A DNA stretch of 64,000 bases from an uncultured Oscillospiraceae bacterium (GTDB lineage: Bacteria > Bacillota > Clostridia > Oscillospirales > JAAYXM01), in NCBI GenBank assembly GCA_934446465.1, contig CAKSEF010000003.1, positions 544 to 64,543 on the forward strand, in the 5' to 3' direction. The position numbers and the translations under genes were made by a program. Shown one piece after another: positions 17,761 through 27,219 of the stretch (position 1 is its first letter; each line of letters begins with the position of its first letter). The notes under the pieces are model-generated. The model was not told the origin of the DNA. It searched no databases and saw only the letters and a list, made by a program, of their open reading frames with translations.

Positions 17761-18033
17761 TCAGTTTCCCATATCACCGGCGAGAAAACGCGAATATTCG
17801 TCTAAAACCGCCTTTTCAATTTTGTCGCGGAGCTCCTTGTTTGTCGGGTGTGCAATGTCGCTGAATCCTCCGTTCGGGAGTCTGCGCGACGGCATGGCAA
17901 GAAAAAGCTTGTCATGTCCCTGTATAACCTTAATATCGTGTACGGCAAGCTCGTCGTTAAATGTAACCGAAACAATCGCGCGCATTTTAGAATCCTCTGA
18001 AATCCTGCGAATCCTGATGTCTGTGATTTCCAT
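17761..18033 (-). CDS. spoVG: septation/sporulation regulator SpoVG
   Basis: Canonical SpoVG sequence from MEITDIRIRRI...AIVSVTFNDELAVHDIKVIQG...FLAMPSRR. The internal ATG at 18033 matches the usual SpoVG N-terminus. The 12-codon upstream extension (to 18069) is probably not translated. Confidence 0.9.
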   Translation of the reverse strand: MEITDIRIRRISEDSKMRAIVSVTFNDELAVHDIKVIQGHDKLFLAMPSRRLPNGGFSDIAHPTNKELRDKIEKAVLDEYSRFLAGDMGN

Positions 18034-18159
18034 ATGAAATTCACCTTTCTTTTCAAATTTAGTAGACATTTCCGCTGTAAAATAATATAATATATTTTAT
18101 CCGGAGTATAATATAAAATACATGGGTTGAAAGTTATTTCTTGGAACGGAGAATGAGTA

Positions 18160-19536
18160 ATGACGGAAGGCAATAAATCAATTCTTTCTGATAAGGGAAA
18201 AATTGTTCACTTTATAGGCATAGGCGGAGTATCCATGAGCGCACTTGCCGAGGCGGTGCGCGCACGCGGAGTAACAGCCCGCGGTTCGGACATGAAAAAC
18301 GGCGTGTATGCCGAACGTCTCTCCGCGCTCGGAATAGATGTTACAATCGGTCATCGCGCCGAAAATGTCGATGGGGCGGATGCGGTTATCAGAACTTCGG
18401 CGATTAAGGATACGAATCCGGAAGTGATAAGGGCGCGTGAACTCGGAATCCCCGTTTTTGAACGCGCAGAGGCTTGGGGCGTGCTTATGGAAGAATTTCC
18501 TAAGGTTGTCTGCGTATCGGGAACTCACGGGAAAACAACCACAACGGCCATGATGACCTGCATCGCGCTTGCCGCGGGGAAAGACCCGGAGGTAATGATT
18601 GGCGCCGATATGAGGGAAATCGGCGGTGTTCTCCGCATAGCGCACGGCGAATTGTTTATAGCCGAAGCGTGTGAATACTGCAATTCATTTTTGAATTTCA
18701 AACCGACGGTAGGGATAATACTCAACGTAGAAGCCGACCACCTCGATTTCTTCTCCGGCATAGACGACATTGTAAAATCGTTCGGTAAATTTGCCGGCAA
18801 CGTGAAAGACGGCGGTGTTATAGTTGTAAACCGAGATGATGCAAACGCTATGCGCGCCGTTTCGGGAACCGACAAAAAAATCATAACCTTCGGACTTACC
18901 GACGGATGCGACGTAACGGCACGGAACATAAGCTATAACCACGGATTTCCTACATTCGAGCTTGTTTATCACGGTGAGAAGGCAGCAGACATACGTCTGT
19001 CCGTAATCGGTGAGCACAACATTAAAAATGCGCTTGCCGCGGCGGCCGCAGCCCTGTTTATGGGCATCTCGCAAAATGACATTGCAGCGGCGCTTGCCGG
19101 TTTCACAGGTGTGGGAAGGCGCATGGAATATAAAGGCGAATTTCGCGGGGCTAAGGTGTATGACGATTATGCTCACCACCCGAGCGAGGTTTCGGCCACA
19201 TTGTCCGCCGTTAAAAAAGCACAGGAGGGAAGGGTAATATGCGTGTTTCAGCCGCACACATATTCCAGAACGAAGGCTCTCTGCGCCGATTTTGCGGAGG
19301 CTTTGAAGAAAGCGGATAAGGTAATAATAGCCGATATTTATGCGGCGCGCGAAAAAAACGATATAGGAATAGACTCCTCTGCAATATCCGATTTAGTTCC
19401 GGGCTCAAAATGGATAAGCGGGTTTGACAATATACTCACAGAACTCAAAAACACGGTGAGAGACGGCGATTTCGTGCTTACCATGGGAGCAGGAGATATA
19501 TATAAAGTCGGAGAAGCTCTGGTAGACAAAAAGTAA
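18160..19536 (+). CDS. murC: UDP-N-acetylmuramate--L-alanine ligase
   Basis: 458-aa Mur ligase with HFIGIGGVSMSALA, the GTHGKTTTT P-loop and MurC-like central and C-terminal domains. Confidence 0.95.
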   Translation: MTEGNKSILSDKGKIVHFIGIGGVSMSALAEAVRARGVTARGSDMKNGVYAERLSALGIDVTIGHRAENVDGADAVIRTSAIKDTNPEVIRARELGIPVFERAEAWGVLMEEFPKVVCVSGTHGKTTTTAMMTCIALAAGKDPEVMIGADMREIGGVLRIAHGELFIAEACEYCNSFLNFKPTVGIILNVEADHLDFFSGIDDIVKSFGKFAGNVKDGGVIVVNRDDANAMRAVSGTDKKIITFGLTDGCDVTARNISYNHGFPTFELVYHGEKAADIRLSVIGEHNIKNALAAAAAALFMGISQNDIAAALAGFTGVGRRMEYKGEFRGAKVYDDYAHHPSEVSATLSAVKKAQEGRVICVFQPHTYSRTKALCADFAEALKKADKVIIADIYAAREKNDIGIDSSAISDLVPGSKWISGFDNILTELKNTVRDGDFVLTMGAGDIYKVGEALVDKK

Positions 19537-19553
19537 ACGGCGGAGATGAGAAG

Positions 19554-20342
19554 TTGAAAAATAATGCCATAAAGTTTTTATACGCACTTGACTGTTATCT
19601 GCTGTACCTCCTTTCGGGGGTGGTATCGGCGCTCCTGCTCGTAGTGTATTACAGCGTAAAAGCCGCAATGGACTACGGCGCGTCAGTCATGGAGTTTTCG
19701 GATTTTCTCGAATATATATCATCGTTTCTTACGGGGAAGTCGTCGGTTGTTCTTCTTATATCATACGCTCTTGTAATATTGACCGTCTTTGTCGTTTTTG
19801 CCATAAAAAAGCGAAATGTTTTCGCATACTCGGGAATGTCGTATGCAAGCTTTGGGAGCATTTTCGGGGCAGCCACCGCGGGAATTATACTCAACATACT
19901 TGTTCATATCGCCCTTCCGCAAAATACGGTGCCGGACGGTGAAACGGGGAGCCTGCTTCTCGCCTGCGCCTTACTCGCGCCGATAGTCGAGGAGCTCATG
20001 TTCAGGGGAATACTTCTTAAGATGTTTGCCTCGTCATGCGGAATAGGTCTTTCGGTGTTTCTTACGTCGGTTTTGTTCTCCGTTACACACGGAGATATCA
20101 TTACAATAGCATATACGTTTGTTCTCGGAATAATACTCGCAGTTGTCCGTGTCAGAAGCACAAGCCTCTGGAGCTCGGTCACTCTGCACCTCGCGTTTAA
20201 CATAACGGGAGCGATACTTGTGTTCAATGAATTAAATATCGATTCCGCTGCGGAAACGGTAATAATGATGATTGCACTTTGCCTGTTTGTCATGCTCGCA
20301 TGCAGCGGAGGAAGAAAAGCGCAAAAAATAAAGGCCCGATAA
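19554..20342 (+). CDS. CPBP (CAAX) family intramembrane glutamic endopeptidase
   Basis: Polytopic membrane ORF with CPBP motifs EELMFRG, FSVTHG and HLAFN. TTG start. Confidence 0.75.
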   Translation: MKNNAIKFLYALDCYLLYLLSGVVSALLLVVYYSVKAAMDYGASVMEFSDFLEYISSFLTGKSSVVLLISYALVILTVFVVFAIKKRNVFAYSGMSYASFGSIFGAATAGIILNILVHIALPQNTVPDGETGSLLLACALLAPIVEELMFRGILLKMFASSCGIGLSVFLTSVLFSVTHGDIITIAYTFVLGIILAVVRVRSTSLWSSVTLHLAFNITGAILVFNELNIDSAAETVIMMIALCLFVMLACSGGRKAQKIKAR

Positions 20343-20364
20343 AAATTATCGGGTCTTTATTTTA
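20329..20364. terminator. bidirectional terminator shared by the CPBP protease gene and spoIIR
   Basis: CCCGATA / TATCGGG core, extendable to about 12 pairs, flanked by A- and T-runs. Both stop codons lie within the structure. Confidence 0.65.
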
Positions 20365-20960
20365 TGTGCGGCGCGGTTTATAAGCTCTACGATTTTAAAT
20401 TTGAACTTGTACTCAATATTGTCGGAGGAAATAATTTTAATCTCCTCATCGTCAAGGCCCGCACTCCGCGCAAGTTCCGACGTATCCTCAGCGGCGGATA
20501 CACAGAGCGGAGGAAACAGCACACACCACCAATTTTTTCCGACGCCGTCTCCGATTATTACGCGGAGTGCGTCATAATCCCCGGCAGGGAGCGAAAATGA
20601 ATCGTATTCTTTTGTGGGAAAGTAAACATTTTCAAATGCAGTGCTTGAAGTATATGAATAACCTCTTTTTTTGATTTCCGCCTGAGCTTTCGCGTTAATT
20701 TCGTCAAGCGATTCAAGAAGAATCCCGCGGGCTTCGGAAACACTCTTAGCCCCGCGCGTTTTTTCCGTAACGACCGATAAAACAGCATCCCGCACACACA
20801 ACTTGAGTGCCTGGTCTTCTTCGCTGTCTGAATTTGCTATGACATGCAGACGTATAAGCTTGCCCGCAATGTCTGCCTGTCTGTCTTTGGCGTATGCGCC
20901 GAGCGAGAGTGCGATGATAAGTCCGATTGATATCGAAAACTCAAAAATGTATTTTTTCAT
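20346..20960 (-). CDS. spoIIR: stage II sporulation protein R
   Basis: Signal/TM segment followed by the SpoIIR core (LIRLHVIANSDSEEDQALKLCVRDAVL...WWCVLFPPLC). The ATG at 20960 has GGAGG 5 nt upstream. The longer ORF (to 21317) overlaps the upstream gene and is rejected. Confidence 0.85.
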   Translation of the reverse strand: MKKYIFEFSISIGLIIALSLGAYAKDRQADIAGKLIRLHVIANSDSEEDQALKLCVRDAVLSVVTEKTRGAKSVSEARGILLESLDEINAKAQAEIKKRGYSYTSSTAFENVYFPTKEYDSFSLPAGDYDALRVIIGDGVGKNWWCVLFPPLCVSAAEDTSELARSAGLDDEEIKIISSDNIEYKFKFKIVELINRAAHKIKTR

Positions 20961-21010
20961 AAAAACCTCCGTCAATAGCCTGATATCGTTATTGACGGAG
21001 TTTTTCGTTT
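20961..21010 (-). terminator. terminator-like hairpin whose 3' arm contains the spoIIR Shine-Dalgarno sequence
   Basis: Minus-strand RNA: CUCCGUCAAU (21000..20991), a 14-nt loop, AUUGACGGAG (20976..20967), then GUUUUU and AUG (spoIIR). Confidence 0.5.
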
Positions 21011-21508
21011 TTATACATTTTTTATTCTTTCGATTAGAAAGCGCGCGCAAAGAGCTGTAAAAGCACCTGTGAAGACAGAGGTAAAAAGCATTATCGGGAG
21101 ATAATATACCGTTGCCGCCGAACGAAGCATAATGCAGGCTGCAATAATCTGCCCGAATGAATGAAAAGCCGAACCCAATATGCTGACTCCGAATATCGAG
21201 ATACATTTGAGCCTTTTTGAAAAAATCATGGCAAATACAGCAAATATCCCGCCGAAGAGCGAAAAAACGAGCGAGGTTACTCCGCCGCCGAACAATGATG
21301 CGAGAACGCATCTGCAAACGAGGATGATGACTGCGCTCCGAGCACCGAGTGAATATACTGCGTACAGCGTTATAATGTTGGCAAGACCGAGCTTGACACC
21401 GGGGAGAGGGATAAACGATGCGGGGAGCATACCCTCAAAAACGGAAATCGCAAGGGAAAGGGCAATCAGCACGGAATGCAGGGAAATACTTCTTGCCGAA
21501 AACCTCAT
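21011..21508 (-). CDS. Gx transporter family membrane protein (Hpre_diP_synt_I-like)
   Basis: 165-aa, ~5-TM protein with family hallmarks (LPGVKLGLANIITLYAVYSLG, LGSAFHSFGQII). Its start codon overlaps the upstream stop (ATGA). Confidence 0.8.
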   Translation of the reverse strand: MRFSARSISLHSVLIALSLAISVFEGMLPASFIPLPGVKLGLANIITLYAVYSLGARSAVIILVCRCVLASLFGGGVTSLVFSLFGGIFAVFAMIFSKRLKCISIFGVSILGSAFHSFGQIIAACIMLRSAATVYYLPIMLFTSVFTGAFTALCARFLIERIKNV

Positions 21509-22197
21509 TCCGTATCACCCTTCAAAAAATCTATTGTGCGTTCCGGCGAGTTCTTTGCCTCTCTGAGCGGCACATCTCTGAACTTGTAATTGTAGCTGTT
21601 GCAGAATTTTGTTACATCTGCTTCGAGTCCGCGGATAATTTCGCGTGTTTTTAAGAAATGGTCGGACAAAAACTCCGAATATCTCTTTCTTGGAAGAACC
21701 TTTTGGGCTTCCGAAACAAGCTTTGCGAGATGGCGCGGGCAAAAGTACTCTTGGACGCGTGTTTTTTCGCGAAATTCTTCATTATCCGCCCAAATATAGA
21801 CGATATTTCGGATATATATGCCGAGCTTTTCCTCCACCCTTGCACATACATAGCAATTATCGGATGATGTGCCGAGCTTTTCGCAGACGCCTGCCATTTC
21901 GCGCTTTCCAACGCCTTCGCAGTCGGACGGCAAACCGAGCTCCAAGAGTTCGCGCAAATAGCTCTGGAGCATAAGCCCGAGGCTCAGACGGTTTTTCATT
22001 TGAAGCATCTTACGAAAGTGGCTGTCGCAGAATCCGAGACGGTTTGTTTCAATTCGGACGTCTGGCTCCATCATAGCCGCGCCCATGACGTATTCGAGAG
22101 ACTCCTCGTTAAGCTTGTTTTCAAGACGGCATACGGGGCATCCGCATTTTACGTCATATGCGTCGTTTATGGGTATGGTGTAAATGACCTCTTTCAT
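21505..22197 (-). CDS. Cys-rich protein of unknown function (two CxxC...CxxH modules; resembles the clostridial DUF6062 family from memory)
   Basis: 230 aa from MKEVIYTIPINDAY. Contains C18/C20-x2-C23...C57-x2-H60 and C115-x2-C118...C153-x2-H156. The ATG at 22197 has GGAGGCAC upstream. The longer ORF (to 22524) is rejected. Confidence 0.6.
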   Translation of the reverse strand: MKEVIYTIPINDAYDVKCGCPVCRLENKLNEESLEYVMGAAMMEPDVRIETNRLGFCDSHFRKMLQMKNRLSLGLMLQSYLRELLELGLPSDCEGVGKREMAGVCEKLGTSSDNCYVCARVEEKLGIYIRNIVYIWADNEEFREKTRVQEYFCPRHLAKLVSEAQKVLPRKRYSEFLSDHFLKTREIIRGLEADVTKFCNSYNYKFRDVPLREAKNSPERTIDFLKGDTE

Positions 22198-22280
22198 ATT
22201 GTGCCTCCGCAAAAAATAGTGTATAATATATTTTATCAGCAATATAAACTTTGTCAAGTCGCGCAGAATGGGTGAAAGAT

Positions 22281-23129
22281 ATGAACGACGTTCTTGATAA
22301 AATAAAAATCGAAAATTGTGAGGACTTTGTGCCTTCCGCAATATTTGAGTGCGGTCAGGCATTCCGCTGGAACAGAAACGAAGACGGTGCATACACGGGT
22401 ATCGCTTTCGGGCGCGTGGCAAAGCTCGTAACGGAAGGCAAAAACGTGTACATAATCTGCAGTGATGGAGACTATGAGGCTGTTTGGCGCAATTATTTTG
22501 ACACAGAGCGGGATTATGCGGCAATCCGTCGCGAGATAAGCAGAGAAAAGTCTCTTGAATGTGCGTGCGAATTCGGAAAGGGTATACGCATACTTCGGCA
22601 GGAACCGTGGGAAGCGCTGTGTTCGTTTATAATATCACAGTGCAATAACATTCCGCGCATTAAGAAAATAGTAGAGAGCCTTTGCCGTATGTGCGGAGAC
22701 AAAACAGAGTTTTGCGGCGAAGAGTTTTATTCGTTTCCGTCGGCAGAGTGTGTGGCGCGGCTGAGCAGGGAAGAGCTCGGGACACTGAGGGCAGGGTACC
22801 GCGCGGAATATATCGCCGAGGCGGCAAAGCGTGTTTCATGCGGAGATGCAGACCTCGGAGAAATTGCAGGCTTGGACACCGAGAGTGCAAAACATGAGCT
22901 GTTGAAATTTCAGGGTGTAGGTGAAAAGGTTGCAAGCTGTACACTTCTTTTCGGAATGGGGAAGCTTGACGCGTTCCCGATAGACGTATGGATGAAGCGT
23001 GCAATAGAGGAGTTTTTCGGGAAGGGCAAATTTGACTATAAGCGTTTCGGCAATTATGCGGGGCTTGCCCAGCAATATATGTTTCACTATATGAGAAACA
23101 AAAACAGCGCCGATATTTCAAATACTTAA
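22281..23129 (+). CDS. ogg: 8-oxoguanine DNA glycosylase/AP lyase (OGG1-type, HhH-GPD)
   Basis: ECGQAFRW, RILRQEPWEALCSFIISQCNNIPRI, and HhH-GPD with the catalytic Lys (FQGVGEKVASC) and Asp (FPIDVW). ATG at 22281 preferred over the TTG/ATG at 22251. Confidence 0.8.
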   Translation: MNDVLDKIKIENCEDFVPSAIFECGQAFRWNRNEDGAYTGIAFGRVAKLVTEGKNVYIICSDGDYEAVWRNYFDTERDYAAIRREISREKSLECACEFGKGIRILRQEPWEALCSFIISQCNNIPRIKKIVESLCRMCGDKTEFCGEEFYSFPSAECVARLSREELGTLRAGYRAEYIAEAAKRVSCGDADLGEIAGLDTESAKHELLKFQGVGEKVASCTLLFGMGKLDAFPIDVWMKRAIEEFFGKGKFDYKRFGNYAGLAQQYMFHYMRNKNSADISNT

Positions 23130-23204
23130 AAAATTAGCTGGACAATTAAGCCAAAAACGATTATTATATACAGTAGGATAATTATGAAATGGGAGTGATT
23201 TCAG

Positions 23205-23927
23205 TTGAGCGATATTAAATATAAAAGAATCCTGCTGAAGCTCAGCGGGGAGGCTCTTGCGGGAATCAAGAAGCGCGGCCTTGATTTTGAAGTTATCGAT
23301 TCCGTTTGCAATACAATCAAAGAGTGTGTTGAAATGGGAGCAGAGGTCGGAATTGTCGTCGGCGGCGGAAACTTCTGGCGCGGGCTCAAGGACGGCGGAA
23401 ACCATATGGAAAGAACACGCGCAGACCATATGGGAATGCTCGCAACAACGATTAACTCACTTGCGGTTGCCGATGTTCTCGAACAGCTCGGAGTCCCGGT
23501 GCGCGTGCAGACGGCCATCGAAATGCGCGCCATTGCGGAGCCGTATGTAAGAAACCGCGCAATACGGCATCTTGAAAAAGGCCGTGTCGTTATTTTCGGA
23601 TGCGGAACGGGTAACCCGTTTTTCTCGACGGATACGGCGGCAGTTCTCCGTGCCGCGGAAATCGATGCGGACGTAATAATGAAGGCCACAAATGTTGACG
23701 GCGTTTACGATAGCGACCCCGTGAAGAATCCGAATGCCGTGAAGTTTGACGAATTAAGCTATGATGAGGTGCTTGCAAGACATCTGAACGTAATGGACAC
23801 AACCGCCACATCACTCTCAATGGATAATGATATACCGATAATCGTGTTCTCGCTTAAGGACAGCGAAAATATAAAACGGGTATTACTCGGTGAGAAAATA
23901 GGAACAGTAGTAAGAAAGGAAGCTTGA
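23205..23927 (+). CDS. pyrH: UMP kinase
   Basis: Canonical PyrH ([33 protein letters not shown]). TTG start after GGGAGTG. Confidence 0.95.
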   Translation: MSDIKYKRILLKLSGEALAGIKKRGLDFEVIDSVCNTIKECVEMGAEVGIVVGGGNFWRGLKDGGNHMERTRADHMGMLATTINSLAVADVLEQLGVPVRVQTAIEMRAIAEPYVRNRAIRHLEKGRVVIFGCGTGNPFFSTDTAAVLRAAEIDADVIMKATNVDGVYDSDPVKNPNAVKFDELSYDEVLARHLNVMDTTATSLSMDNDIPIIVFSLKDSENIKRVLLGEKIGTVVRKEA

Positions 23928-23929
23928 TT

Positions 23930-24484
23930 ATGAAAGAGGAAATTCGCGTATTTGATGAGAAAATGCAGAAGTCAATCAATGTTGTCGCAGCTGAGTTTGC
24001 GGCTGTCAGAGCGGGAAGAGCAAATCCCGCGGTTCTTGATAAAATAACAGTCGATTATTACGGCTCACCCACTCCGATACAGCAGATAGGGTCGGTGTCC
24101 GTTCCCGAGCCGAGAACGCTCCTTATCCAGCCGTGGGACGCGTCAGCACTTAAACTTATAGAGAAGGCAATTCTTTCGTCCGACCTCGGAATTACTCCGG
24201 CAAACGACGGCAAAAGCATAAGACTCGTATTCCCGCAGCTTACGGAAGAACGCCGCCGCGACCTCATAAAGCAGATAAAGAAAATAGGTGAGGACGGAAA
24301 AGTGGCGATCAGAAACGTCCGCCGCGAAGCTATCGATAAATTCAAGGCGATGAAAAAGAATTCCGAAATAACCGAGGATGACCTCAAGGGAATCGAAGAA
24401 GATGTTCAGAAAATTACGGATAAGAGCTGCAAAGAAATCGACGTAATGATTGAAAAGAAAGAGAAAGAACTCTTAGAGTTTTAA
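23930..24484 (+). CDS. frr: ribosome recycling factor
   Basis: Canonical Frr (FAAVRAGRANPAVLD, PQLTEERRRDL). ATG at 23930 preferred over TTG at 23924. Confidence 0.95.
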   Translation: MKEEIRVFDEKMQKSINVVAAEFAAVRAGRANPAVLDKITVDYYGSPTPIQQIGSVSVPEPRTLLIQPWDASALKLIEKAILSSDLGITPANDGKSIRLVFPQLTEERRRDLIKQIKKIGEDGKVAIRNVRREAIDKFKAMKKNSEITEDDLKGIEEDVQKITDKSCKEIDVMIEKKEKELLEF

Positions 24485-24493
24485 GGAGCCTGT

Positions 24494-25237
24494 ATGGGTA
24501 TCTTCAAAAGAAAGAATCATGCCCACGGCGTAGATTTTTCGTCGCTTCCGCAGCATATCGCCATAATACTTGACGGAAACGGCCGTTGGGCAAAAAAACG
24601 CGGGCTTCCGAGAACGGCAGGCCATGCCGTCGGCAGTGAAAATTTCCGCAAGATTGCAACATACTGCAATGATATAGGAATTAAATACCTGACGGTTTAC
24701 GCATTCTCAACCGAGAATTGGAAGCGTCCCGCCGAAGAAGTAAGAACCATTATGTCGCTTCTTGAAAAATATATCATAGAAACGATAGACGAAGTTCAGA
24801 AAAAGAACCTGAAACTTCGCTTCTGGGGTTCGCGCGACGGACTTGACGGAAAAATTCTCTCGCTTATGGAACAGGCCGAAAAAAAATCCGAAGCGATGAC
24901 GGGGATGCAGGTCAACGTGTGCCTGAATTACGGAGCAAAGGACGAAATAGTAAACGCGGTAAGAAAAATTGCCAAAAAGGTAACGAACGGCGAACTCGCT
25001 CCCTGCGATATAGATGAAGCGACGGTAGAGGATAACCTGTATTCGGCAGGTGTGCCTATGCCCGACCTTCTCATACGCCCGGGCGGGGAAATGCGTCTCT
25101 CAAACTTCCTCCTTTGGCAGCTTGCATACAGCGAGATGTACTTCTCGGAGAAGTTTTGGCCCGAGTTTGACGAACATGAACTGAATAAAGCTATTGAAGC
25201 TTTTCAAAAACGCAACAGAAGATACGGGGGAGTGTAA
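24494..25237 (+). CDS. uppS: isoprenyl transferase (undecaprenyl diphosphate synthase)
   Basis: HIAIILDGNGRWA, YAFSTENWKRP, RPGGEMRLSNFLLWQ. Confidence 0.95.
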   Translation: MGIFKRKNHAHGVDFSSLPQHIAIILDGNGRWAKKRGLPRTAGHAVGSENFRKIATYCNDIGIKYLTVYAFSTENWKRPAEEVRTIMSLLEKYIIETIDEVQKKNLKLRFWGSRDGLDGKILSLMEQAEKKSEAMTGMQVNVCLNYGAKDEIVNAVRKIAKKVTNGELAPCDIDEATVEDNLYSAGVPMPDLLIRPGGEMRLSNFLLWQLAYSEMYFSEKFWPEFDEHELNKAIEAFQKRNRRYGGV

Positions 25238-25238
25238 A

Positions 25239-26069
25239 ATGGCAAAGAGAATAGCTTCGGGACTCGTGGCTCTTGCACTCTTTCTTGCCGTGCTGTATCT
25301 GTGCCCGCCCGTGTGCTTTGCGGCGGCAACGGCATTAATCTGCACCGTTTCGGCATACGAACTGACAATGCGGAACGGAATAGTGAAGTCGCGCGTACTT
25401 TCCCTTGCGGCATGTGTTCTCGCGGCGGTTATCCCGTTTCTGTTCTTTTTCGGAGCCGACACAATAGACAATCTCCCTGCAAAAATCGTGTTTATCGCCA
25501 TGTTTGCGGGAGTTGCCGTGATGTTTGCCTCATGGCTTGCGAGGCCGGAAAAGACAAGGTTCACAGCACCGCTTGCACTGCTGTTTGCGGGACTTGTTTT
25601 CCCGATGATGTTTTCAGCAATAGTCCTGATAAGAAACAGCAAAAACGGCGAGTATCTTCTCCTTGTCCCGTTTATATCCGCGTGGATGACCGACACAGGC
25701 GCATATTTCACAGGTATGGCTTGCGGTAAAACAAGGCTCTGCGAAAAAATAAGTCCGAAGAAGACGGTCGAGGGTGCGGTCGGAGGAATTGTGTCGTGCG
25801 TGCTGTCGCTTTTGCTGTTCGGATTTATTCTCGAAAGATATATAGGCGTGTCCATAAACTACCCCGCGATTGCGGTAATGGCACTTGTCCTGTCCTGCAT
25901 CGCGCAGATGGGAGATTTGTCATTTTCGCTAATAAAGCGGGAATATAATATTAAGGATTACGGAAATATACTTCCCGGGCACGGCGGAATACTTGACAGG
26001 GTAGACAGCGCGATGTTCACCGTACCCGCGGCATATATCCTTATCCGAATAATCGGCGGTATTTTGTAA
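25239..26069 (+). CDS. cdsA: phosphatidate cytidylyltransferase
   Basis: Polytopic membrane protein with the CdsA signature (SLIKREYNIKDYGNILPGHGGILDRVDS). The ATG at 25239 follows the uppS stop. Confidence 0.9.
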   Translation: MAKRIASGLVALALFLAVLYLCPPVCFAAATALICTVSAYELTMRNGIVKSRVLSLAACVLAAVIPFLFFFGADTIDNLPAKIVFIAMFAGVAVMFASWLARPEKTRFTAPLALLFAGLVFPMMFSAIVLIRNSKNGEYLLLVPFISAWMTDTGAYFTGMACGKTRLCEKISPKKTVEGAVGGIVSCVLSLLLFGFILERYIGVSINYPAIAVMALVLSCIAQMGDLSFSLIKREYNIKDYGNILPGHGGILDRVDSAMFTVPAAYILIRIIGGIL

Positions 26070-27217
26070 TGGTAAATAATCTCACAATACTCGGATCTAC
26101 CGGATCAATAGGAACACAAACACTCGAAGTTGCGCGCGCCTTAAATATTAAGGTGGGCGCACTTGCGGCAAATAAAAGCGTAAAACTCATGGAGGAGCAA
26201 ATACGCGAATTTAAGCCCGAGCTTGCCGCTCTTGCGGACGAAAAGTCAGCGTCGGAGCTTCGTGTCCGTGTGTCTGATACGCCATGCAGGGTTCTCGGCG
26301 GGGAGGACGGAATAACAGAGACCGCGTCATATTCAAAGGCAGATACAGTCATGTCCTCTCTTGTCGGAATGGCGGGTATACGCCCGACGCTTTCGGCAAT
26401 AGAGTCAGGAAAGAACGTAGCCCTTGCAAATAAGGAAACGCTTGTTTGCGCAGGTTCGGTTATAATGCGCCGGGCGCGTGAAAAAGGCGTCCGCATAATT
26501 CCGGTGGATTCAGAACACTCGGCGATATTTCAATCGCTTCACGCATCATGCGATTATAAGCGCGAAATTTCGCGAATAATACTTACGGCGTCGGGCGGCC
26601 CTTTTTACGGAAAAACAAACACCGAACTCGAAAGCGTAACGCCGGAGGAGGCTCTTAAGCATCCGAATTGGAGCATGGGTGCAAAAGTTACGATAGACTC
26701 GGCAACGCTTATGAATAAAGGACTCGAGTTTATCGAGGCAATGTGGCTGTTCGATGTTCCTCCTGAAAAAATCGATATAGTGGTTCATAGGGAAAGCATA
26801 ATACATTCAATGGCGGAGTTCTGCGACGGTGCAATAATAGCCCAGCTCGGAACTCCCGATATGAGAACTCCCATATCGCTTGCGCTCACATATCCCGAAA
26901 GGAAAGACTTCGGCGGAAACCGAATAGACTTCGGTTCGCTTAAAAATCTTTCGTTCGGGCTTCCCGATACCGATACTTTCAGATGCCTCGACCTTGCCCT
27001 TGAAGCGGCAGAACGCGGAGGCACGGCGGGCGCGATTCTTAACGGCGCAAACGAAGCCGCAGTGGACCTTTTCCTTAAGTCAAAAATCGGATTCACGGAA
27101 ATACCATCGTGCATAGAATTTGCGCGCGGGAAAATCAGGCATATTGAAAATCCCTCTCTCGGGGAAATAACAGACGCATCACTGTCTGCAATGGAAACTG
27201 TCTATTCAATGTTTTAG
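26069..27217 (+). CDS. dxr: 1-deoxy-D-xylulose 5-phosphate reductoisomerase
   Basis: ILGSTGSIGTQTL, LANKETLV, PVDSEHSAIFQ, HPNWSMG. Start overlaps the cdsA stop (TAATG). Confidence 0.95.
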   Translation: MVNNLTILGSTGSIGTQTLEVARALNIKVGALAANKSVKLMEEQIREFKPELAALADEKSASELRVRVSDTPCRVLGGEDGITETASYSKADTVMSSLVGMAGIRPTLSAIESGKNVALANKETLVCAGSVIMRRAREKGVRIIPVDSEHSAIFQSLHASCDYKREISRIILTASGGPFYGKTNTELESVTPEEALKHPNWSMGAKVTIDSATLMNKGLEFIEAMWLFDVPPEKIDIVVHRESIIHSMAEFCDGAIIAQLGTPDMRTPISLALTYPERKDFGGNRIDFGSLKNLSFGLPDTDTFRCLDLALEAAERGGTAGAILNGANEAAVDLFLKSKIGFTEIPSCIEFARGKIRHIENPSLGEITDASLSAMETVYSMF

Positions 27218-27219
27218 GG

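Noticed and set aside
20961-21317. A long upstream extension of the spoIIR ORF (323-aa version).
   Set aside because: It would overlap most of the Gx-transporter gene in another frame. The ATG at 20960 has GGAGG and yields a normal signal-anchor plus the SpoIIR core.
22198-22524. A 109-codon extension of the Cys-rich protein ORF.
   Set aside because: The extension overlaps the divergent ogg gene and is Arg/Cys/Pro-rich nonsense. The ATG at 22197 has a GGAGG-type RBS.
25100-25855. A long antisense ORF here, with similar ones at 48105..48689, 51325..52017, 52367..53128, 23201..23689 and 27792..28505.
   Set aside because: All lie opposite strongly supported housekeeping genes (uppS/cdsA, folD, der, plsY/gpsA, pyrH, rseP/ispG). 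They show the Ser/Pro/Ala/Arg-rich composition expected from reverse-frame translation.
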